Below are positions 58,288-64,000 of a DNA stretch of 64,000 bases, in pieces. The number at the start of each line of letters is the position of its first letter. Within the stretch, counting starts at the first letter, position 1. Made by a program: the position numbers and the translations under genes. The stretch covers positions 87,138 through 151,137 of the forward strand of contig CAYGTV010000001.1 of the NCBI GenBank assembly GCA_964353135.1, written 5' to 3'. Below the pieces are notes generated by a model. That model saw only the letters and a program-made list of their open reading frames with translations. It searched no databases and was not told the origin of the DNA. The stretch is from an uncultured Candidatus Saccharibacteria bacterium. Its GTDB lineage: Bacteria; Patescibacteriota; Minisyncoccia; Phycocordibacterales; UBA918.

Positions 58288-58470
58288 TTGCTATACTCTC
58301 ATTATATGGAATCTAAACGAACAATTTGGTTGTGTGCGGCAGTAGGTGGTTGGTTGGGAGGCTATGTCCCAATGTTCTTTGGTGCTGGTTATTTTTCTAT
58401 GTGGTCGATTGTCTGTAGTTCTATGGGTGCAATTGTAGGCATCTGGATAGCTTTTAAACTGACACACTAG
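58288..58470 (+). CDS. possible small membrane peptide
   Basis: A 60-aa ORF with two hydrophobic helices. Support is weak. Confidence 0.25.
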   Translation: MLYSHYMESKRTIWLCAAVGGWLGGYVPMFFGAGYFSMWSIVCSSMGAIVGIWIAFKLTH

Positions 58471-58597
58471 ACAAAATAATTGACTTGTTGTGCAATTGGT
58501 GTATACTGCTGGTTCAAATCGATTGTATTAAGCAGAATATGTTTAGGGCAGTCTCAAAAAAAGGTTTGAGATTATTATTTTGTTTAAGAACAACACT

Positions 58598-58822
58598 ATG
58601 GAAACAGGAATTATCGCACGTCTAAACAACGGCTACGGGTTTATCACACGAGAAGGATCAGACAAAGATCTATTCTTCCACGTTAACGAACTTTCAGGAG
58701 TTGCGTTTGACGATCTACGAGAAGGGGACAAAGTTCAATTCGAAGTAGGAGAAGGTCCAAAAGGACCAAACGCTGTCAAGGTAACACTTGTAGCGGAAGG
58801 AGCTGCAGAAGAAGCTGCGTAA
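58598..58822 (+). CDS. cold-shock protein (CspA family)
   Basis: GIIARLNNGYGFITREGSDKDLFFHV contains the RNP1-like GYGFI motif and the FFH RNP2 motif. The ATG at 58598 was chosen. Confidence 0.75.
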   Translation: METGIIARLNNGYGFITREGSDKDLFFHVNELSGVAFDDLREGDKVQFEVGEGPKGPNAVKVTLVAEGAAEEAA

Positions 58823-58840
58823 TCGCATCTTGTAGATACA

Positions 58841-58868
58841 AAAAATACCCTCTTGCGGGTGTTTTTTG
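58841..58868 (+). terminator. intrinsic terminator
   Basis: ATACCC-tcttgc-GGGTGT followed by TTTTTTG. Confidence 0.5.
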
Positions 58869-58976
58869 TTGTTCGTGAAAGAAACAAAGAAGTCGTGCGT
58901 CATAGAGGGCGGGAGGAATTGATGTTTGGAGGAACGTCTTGTCCTGAAATGTACAAAACAAAAATGGAAGAGAAGA

Positions 58977-59537
58977 ATGAAATATCGTCTAAAGGTAGTG
59001 CTATTCGTAGCTGCTGTTAATTTTGTAGCATCATGTGGAGCTTCAAATGTGACAGCAGACGACGAGTTACTTCCTGTGGTTGCAGAGGAATTGGTTGCAA
59101 TACCTTCTATGACAGCAGCACCAGTAAGCGCTACAAGCGTACCTGAGATGTTGTCTCACCCGCTTATGGTTTCAAATGAAAATCTCTCATCTGATCCAGG
59201 TGAGCAGGCTGTGCAAATTGCAACAATGCTCAGGGTTGTGTTTGAGCCACTGGAACCAAGCTTTCCAGGGGTTGTTGACAGAATTATTGATGTTGGAGAT
59301 TGTGAGTCTGGTTTGAACCAGCTTGAGCCAGATGGCAGGCTCAGGGTTAATCCCGATCCCAAATCCTCGGCTGGTGGAGCATTGCAAGTGCTGCTAAACA
59401 CACACAAACCTGACTATTTGCGGGTTGGATTAAATCCACGGGAAGCTCCAGACAATCTAATTTTCGGACGCTTCCTCGTTGAGCGCAAGCTACGCCAAGG
59501 TCGGCGTAACCCATTAGAAGACTGGGTATGTGCATAA
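58977..59537 (+). CDS. lipoprotein paralog with an Rpf/transglycosylase-like muralytic domain
   Basis: Lipobox FVASC after MKYRLKVVLFVAAVN. C-terminal DCES...GALQVL...DWVCA aligns with the 57035 protein (PGVV..II...DCES, VLL.TH..DY, LVER). The ATG at 58977 was chosen. Confidence 0.5.
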   Translation: MKYRLKVVLFVAAVNFVASCGASNVTADDELLPVVAEELVAIPSMTAAPVSATSVPEMLSHPLMVSNENLSSDPGEQAVQIATMLRVVFEPLEPSFPGVVDRIIDVGDCESGLNQLEPDGRLRVNPDPKSSAGGALQVLLNTHKPDYLRVGLNPREAPDNLIFGRFLVERKLRQGRRNPLEDWVCA

Positions 59538-59547
59538 CCATGACAAA

Positions 59548-59578
59548 GAAAAAAGGCGACCTGCAGGCCGCCTTTTTT
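59548..59578. terminator. bidirectional intrinsic terminator
   Basis: AAGGCGACCTG/CAGGCCGCCTT around a CCTGCAGG palindrome, with A- and T-runs on both sides. Confidence 0.5.
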
Positions 59579-59579
59579 G

Positions 59580-60320
59580 CTACCCAATTTGTAATAGTGT
59601 TTCAAACTGCAGTTTCTGTAGAGCAGCGTATTCAGAACTTTCAACTATAAACCCAAAGGCTTCTGCGTGGGAACTGATCTGAGCGACTTTGCTACTGTAG
59701 ATGATTGTTGCCATTTCTGGTATTGGTTTTGATTTCAATATTTGTTGTTTGTCATCTGGTAGTTGTGAAAATAATGACGTACAGGTGGTGACTAATGCGT
59801 TGATCACTAGGTGTCTTTTTGCCCGTCGCTCGTCAAACCAGTTGAGGAAGGCTTGGTCAAACACCTGATTCATACTATCTGTCGACCAAATGATAGATAG
59901 GGTTTGGCTGTCGTGCCACATGATGTCTTTGAGTAGTTGTTTGACGCCTTCGCTACCCTCAAAAAACCTGATTTTGGGATCAGTGGTTTGAAGCGAATCA
60001 CCGAGAGAGGGAAGGGAGGTTTTGAGGAAATCACGGCTTTGTTCGAGACGATCGATCTGGTCGTTAAGCAGCGCCTCGAGGTGTTTGATCGCAGCGGCTG
60101 CAAAATGTGCTTTGCCGTCGATGTCTAGCTCATGAACAATCCCTAGTTGTCGCAGGGATTTTAGCTGGTCATACACCGATGGGCGAGTGATGCCGGTACG
60201 AGCTGCAAGCGTGCGAGCAGTTGCCTGACCCTCGGTTAAGAGCGATAGGTATACCGTCTGTTCATTTTCGCTGAGCTGCAGACGCCGTAGAGCCGATCTG
60301 ATTTTTTCTGTAGCGTTCAT
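59580..60320 (-). CDS. TrmB-family transcriptional regulator (N-terminal HTH, C-terminal sensor domain)
   Basis: N-terminus RLQLSENEQTVYLSLLTEGQATARTLAARTGITRPSVYDQLKSLRQLGIV is the TrmB-type wHTH. Confidence 0.6.
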   Translation of the reverse strand: MNATEKIRSALRRLQLSENEQTVYLSLLTEGQATARTLAARTGITRPSVYDQLKSLRQLGIVHELDIDGKAHFAAAAIKHLEALLNDQIDRLEQSRDFLKTSLPSLGDSLQTTDPKIRFFEGSEGVKQLLKDIMWHDSQTLSIIWSTDSMNQVFDQAFLNWFDERRAKRHLVINALVTTCTSLFSQLPDDKQQILKSKPIPEMATIIYSSKVAQISSHAEAFGFIVESSEYAALQKLQFETLLQIG

Positions 60321-60429
60321 ACGTTTATTGTAGCTTTTTGTCGAAATTCGTCAACAGATATACAAAAAATGACATATTGCGTAATCTATCAGCAGAAGTT
60401 CATTGTCACCGTCATGAGAGGAAAATGAC

Positions 60430-61521
60430 ATGCAAATCGCACAAACAGTTCAAGCTATCGATACCGGCACCAATCCATTGTTCAAGCTGATCATGGATCG
60501 CAGTCTGCAGATCAATAAAATACTCGCACGGCGGACGATCAGCCAAACCCAGTTCACCTGGCACGGTCGCCGACCAAAACCTTCGGCCACAGCCAATGGT
60601 TTGATACGCAAAACAAACCTGGATCTACTGTCATGGTTGGTCGAGCTGTATAAACGCTCGGCACAAATCACACTTAACGACTATCAAAACCAGTTGCCAT
60701 GGAAAGCCATAGCTGGTGAGCAGCGTATCGGCAACCAAAAACCACACGGACAGATTGTTGATTTGATTTCAAACCAAAAACATCTTTCGTTTTCAGTTCG
60801 GATCAAAGACATGTCGATCCTCAAGTCTGGTGCTGGAGAACCGACCCTTGGAGCCGAACGTACTTATATGATCGCTGATCATGCCGGCAACTGGAGCCCG
60901 GGTTGGCATGGTTTTGATTGGGATAAAACTGAAGACGAATTATCATATCTCAATCGTCGGTCGCTGCTGGTTGATGGCAAGGTTCAGTTTGATGACTATC
61001 TGCATCAGAACCGTCGTCAAAGTATCTATGGTGCGCCATACCTGCTACTGAAACTGTTGTGGCAGCGCATCGAGGACGAAATTGCGTTCTATGAGGCTGA
61101 GCTCAATCGGCTGCAGCAGCTAGGTGTAGTTCCGTACGCGGAGCCCGCAAAACCAACGCATGCATGTTTGGCTGTCGGTGATTCACGCAGTGCCTTGGTT
61201 CCAGTATTTACCATGCAGGTTACTGGTTCAAAGTTTGTCGGTGAGTATGCCGCTGTGTCAGCTGATGCTGTTGGATATCAGGTAGCAAAGCTGTCACTTC
61301 GTTTTCTCAAACACACACTGCGCCCGATGGTTCAGTTTGTGGTTCGGGCCGACGAGGTGGCGTTCTACCGCTTTGGTTTGGAACAAGGGTTTGTTTCCTC
61401 TTGGATCAAGGGTGCACACTGGGTGTATGATACATCGATCCGAGCTCACGTCATGCAGTTGGGTGACAATCTGTCGATCTCGTATCAAAAAGGAGTCACA
61501 GAAATGCGTCTCGCCGCATAA
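60430..61521 (+). CDS. hypothetical protein (363 aa)
   Basis: Divergent from the TrmB regulator. No motif recognised. Confidence 0.45.
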   Translation: MQIAQTVQAIDTGTNPLFKLIMDRSLQINKILARRTISQTQFTWHGRRPKPSATANGLIRKTNLDLLSWLVELYKRSAQITLNDYQNQLPWKAIAGEQRIGNQKPHGQIVDLISNQKHLSFSVRIKDMSILKSGAGEPTLGAERTYMIADHAGNWSPGWHGFDWDKTEDELSYLNRRSLLVDGKVQFDDYLHQNRRQSIYGAPYLLLKLLWQRIEDEIAFYEAELNRLQQLGVVPYAEPAKPTHACLAVGDSRSALVPVFTMQVTGSKFVGEYAAVSADAVGYQVAKLSLRFLKHTLRPMVQFVVRADEVAFYRFGLEQGFVSSWIKGAHWVYDTSIRAHVMQLGDNLSISYQKGVTEMRLAA

Positions 61522-61561
61522 CATAACAAGCGTACAGCTGGCCGATCACTCGGCCAGCTTT

Positions 61562-62701
61562 TTATAGTAACGTTCTAAAATCTTTGATGATATGAAAAGT
61601 TAGGTAGTTTGCGTTATGGAATGAGTTTGCGCCACCAGAGCGATCGTCAGTGGCCGTTCTACTAACAAACAAGATATCTTTGTCTTTGATGACCCAGCTC
61701 ACGTATTGGAAACCGTTTTTAGTGTGGTCGGGGTGGTATAGAATTTCTTGCTCGATTTTCCAGGTAAGTAGGTCGGTGGAAGAAACCAATGATAGCTGAT
61801 TGCGTAAATTATCTGGCTCGACGTCTTTTGTATCGTTTGTTTCCTTGATGGTGTTTGTGAGCGCGATGTATTTTTTACTGACTGTATCAAGCCGAATCAT
61901 AAATTTCTTGCTGCCACCGGGGAATTGCACGAAAGCATGAGATTTGTTTGGAGTCAGCAGGTTTGACTGAGTGTTAATGTCACAGAATGCGAGGTGTTCT
62001 GTGTGGGTGTAGTCATTTTCGACCCGCAGCAAGTTTGCCAGTGTGTTTTGAGGGGTATGAACAACATTACCTTCCAACCAACCTCCAAACTTTCCCTCAA
62101 GCAAATCTGGGTTGTATAGCAACGTGTTTGAGATTCGCCAGTTAGCAGCGTCCAGTAAATTGTCATCAGTAGAAATTGAAAGAATCAGTGGGCTGTAGTA
62201 TTTGGGCCATTCTGTTTCGTTGGCGATTTTCTGCTCGAATGCTTTCCACAAAAACCCTTCGTGCTGAACAAACGGGGTTGGGGCGCAGTGAAATTCGCCA
62301 TCTGCCAATAAGCCGTTTTTACGATCGGTTGGTTCGGTCCAAGTTTTGCCAAAATCAGTTGATTTACGAATCACCAGATTTCCATGGTGTCGATCGGTAC
62401 CTAGTAGCCATAAACAGTCGTCATGCCAAAAGAGTTTTGACCAAAACGCTCCCTTGATTTTACTTACTAGTTTCCATGAGGTGCCGTTATCTTTACTGGC
62501 ATAGATATAGGTCTGTGGTGCATGGTGTTCGTCAGAGTTCGGCCCAAAAAAATCATGGCTGGTTAGCAGTAGACCTGCTTCAGTTATGGTGATGGATGGT
62601 GAACCGATATATAGCCCTGATGTAGCTGGTGAATGCGCGATCACTGTTCCAGGGGCATGCGGATGCTTTAGTTTTTGTGTTAATGAACGTACGAATTGCA
62701 T
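61562..62701 (-). CDS. BNR/Asp-box repeat glycoside hydrolase (sialidase-like beta-propeller)
   Basis: Asp-box motifs SKDNGTSW and STDFGKTW (S-x-D-x-G-x-T-W). Confidence 0.6.
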   Translation of the reverse strand: MQFVRSLTQKLKHPHAPGTVIAHSPATSGLYIGSPSITITEAGLLLTSHDFFGPNSDEHHAPQTYIYASKDNGTSWKLVSKIKGAFWSKLFWHDDCLWLLGTDRHHGNLVIRKSTDFGKTWTEPTDRKNGLLADGEFHCAPTPFVQHEGFLWKAFEQKIANETEWPKYYSPLILSISTDDNLLDAANWRISNTLLYNPDLLEGKFGGWLEGNVVHTPQNTLANLLRVENDYTHTEHLAFCDINTQSNLLTPNKSHAFVQFPGGSKKFMIRLDTVSKKYIALTNTIKETNDTKDVEPDNLRNQLSLVSSTDLLTWKIEQEILYHPDHTKNGFQYVSWVIKDKDILFVSRTATDDRSGGANSFHNANYLTFHIIKDFRTLL

Positions 62702-62800
62702 GTAGCTCTAGTGTAACGCAGTGTGGGTGCTTTTTTTGAAATATCTTGTACTGAAATTTGTAGTATACTGTAGAGGAATTACAATAATCTTTCAAACGTT

Positions 62801-63106
62801 ATGCTTAGCTTATACTACACAGAATCTTGCCCATTTTGCCAACGAGTATTGCAGATGGCAGAAAACCTTGGGGTTGAGTTCGACCTCAAGGATATTGAAG
62901 ATGACGCTGCTTTAGCTGCTGAGTTGATCGAAAAAGGTGGTAAACGACAGGTTCCATACCTCGTAGATACAGACAAAGATGTCGCGATGTACGAATCAAA
63001 CGACATCATTGACTATATTCGAGAGAATTATGCCGGGGTAGCCACCGCAGTTGCAAAACCACGGATTCACATGAGTGACTCTACCTGCGTGTCTTGTGAG
63101 GGGTAG
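62801..63106 (+). CDS. glutaredoxin-like protein
   Basis: Active site YYTESCPFCQ and the thioredoxin fold pattern ...VPYLVD... Confidence 0.65.
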   Translation: MLSLYYTESCPFCQRVLQMAENLGVEFDLKDIEDDAALAAELIEKGGKRQVPYLVDTDKDVAMYESNDIIDYIRENYAGVATAVAKPRIHMSDSTCVSCEG

Positions 63107-63153
63107 GGTACAGAGTAGAAAAGCAGACGCTTATTTGGTAATCAAACAAACTG

Positions 63154-63510
63154 ATGAACATTAATTTCAACTACAACAACCACGCCGAAGCCCAAGTACT
63201 CACCACCATTACAGAGCACAAACTAGGATCACTCAAGAAATTTATTGCAGACGACCAGTCAGTAATTTGTGACGCTGAATTCGACAAGGTTGCCGCGAAC
63301 AATAATGGAGAAATCTTTCACTTTGCAGTCAATTTGCAGCTAGAGGGTGAACTATATCGAGCAGAAGCAACCGAAGAAAGTTTTGAAGCGGCAGTAGATG
63401 AGGTGCGCGACGAGCTCGATAAAAAGCTTCGCCGAAATAAAAGTAAAAAAGATACATTAGGGAAACGAGCAGGACGAGCGATGAAGCGACTTATTTCTCG
63501 CCAAGGCTAG
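63154..63510 (+). CDS. hpf: ribosome hibernation promoting factor / RaiA family
   Basis: 118 aa, N-terminus MNINFNYNNHAEAQ. Overall pattern of the sigma-54 modulation protein/S30EA family. Confidence 0.65.
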   Translation: MNINFNYNNHAEAQVLTTITEHKLGSLKKFIADDQSVICDAEFDKVAANNNGEIFHFAVNLQLEGELYRAEATEESFEAAVDEVRDELDKKLRRNKSKKDTLGKRAGRAMKRLISRQG

Positions 63511-64000
63511 CTAGCCAAACATCAAACGGCATCGCTTGTTTTCCTTCAGGAATAACTGTGATGAGGCGGAGTTTTCCCATGGAAAACTCCGCCTCTTTGA
63601 TTTTGATGCGTTTGCCCTCATGCATAAACCACGTGTCACCAATACCCATGAAAGCATTGATTTTGAGCCAGGCCAGCCGAGCTTGGTTACTAGTTGGTAG
63701 TTTTTTAGGGTTGATGATTAGCTCGCTGTCGGCTTTTGTTAAGCGTCCGCAGTAGGTCGCCATGGTGTCGTCTTGTTCTTGGGGTTCAATGTGCCCGGCG
63801 ATGTATTCTCGCAGCACATCAGCTAGCAAAGCTCCACCTGTTTGAGCTAGTGCGAGGTCGAGTTCTGGTCCAGGTACGGGCCAGTACTCATCACTGATTG
63901 GCACAGGAATCTGGTCAAGGATTGGTCCGGTGTCCATGGTAGCGTCCATTTTCATAATGGTGACCCCGATGGCTTCACGCAGGTCATCTTTGATGGCGGT
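63491..64000 (-). CDS. fmt: methionyl-tRNA formyltransferase, C-terminal part (5' end beyond window)
   Basis: C-terminal domain pattern ...ATYCGRLTKADSELI...RLAWLKINAFMGIGDTWF.... The ORF runs off the window edge. Confidence 0.55.
   Translation of the reverse strand, partial: TAIKDDLREAIGVTIMKMDATMDTGPILDQIPVPISDEYWPVPGPELDLALAQTGGALLADVLREYIAGHIEPQEQDDTMATYCGRLTKADSELIINPKKLPTSNQARLAWLKINAFMGIGDTWFMHEGKRIKIKEAEFSMGKLRLITVIPEGKQAMPFDVWLASLGEK

Overview
The window is 64 kb of a compact, gene-dense bacterial chromosome. Bacterial origin rests on a bacterial-type HisRS, UppP, Fpg/Ung, PrmC, class I FBA, HPF and Fmt. The gene content points to a small-genome lineage such as Patescibacteria/CPR (inference only, not a search result). 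Supporting this: an A/V-type ATPase operon instead of an F-type one, a GH57/GH15/GT4 alpha-glucan cluster, a 2115-aa repetitive surface protein, and a zinc-less L33. The core part (1-47.3 kb) encodes housekeeping functions: an AddA-like helicase-nuclease, RecQ, HisRS, PrmC, an ABC transporter, FBA, the ATPase operon (H-I-K-E-C-F-A-B-D), an ApbE/FMN-binding/FNR-like flavin module, Ung and Fpg. A tRNA-Asn(GUU) sits at 47440-47511. It is followed by a visibly AT-rich ~6.2 kb island (47.5-53.7 kb) that ends in a 19/21-nt direct repeat of the tRNA 3' end. The island carries a GNAT, a DUF218 protein, a P-loop kinase, a methyltransferase, an unusual nucleotidyltransferase-PLP decarboxylase fusion and a PHP phosphoesterase. 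Directly downstream (53.5-57.0 kb) lies an array of six copies of a ~100-130 nt repeat module. Each module has a conserved box (GTTCGAAC...CCACCCAGCGGAGCA), an intrinsic-terminator hairpin, a second small hairpin and a terminal TTCGAA. The modules partition single small genes in the manner of cassettes: a YjjX-like NTPase, a CHC2 zinc-finger protein, secreted proteins and an Rpf-like muralytic protein. I consider this module array the most novel structure in the window. No CRISPR array, rRNA gene or recognisable integrase/transposase was found. All coordinates come from reading the ORF track and the sequence by hand. GC differences are visual estimates, not computed.
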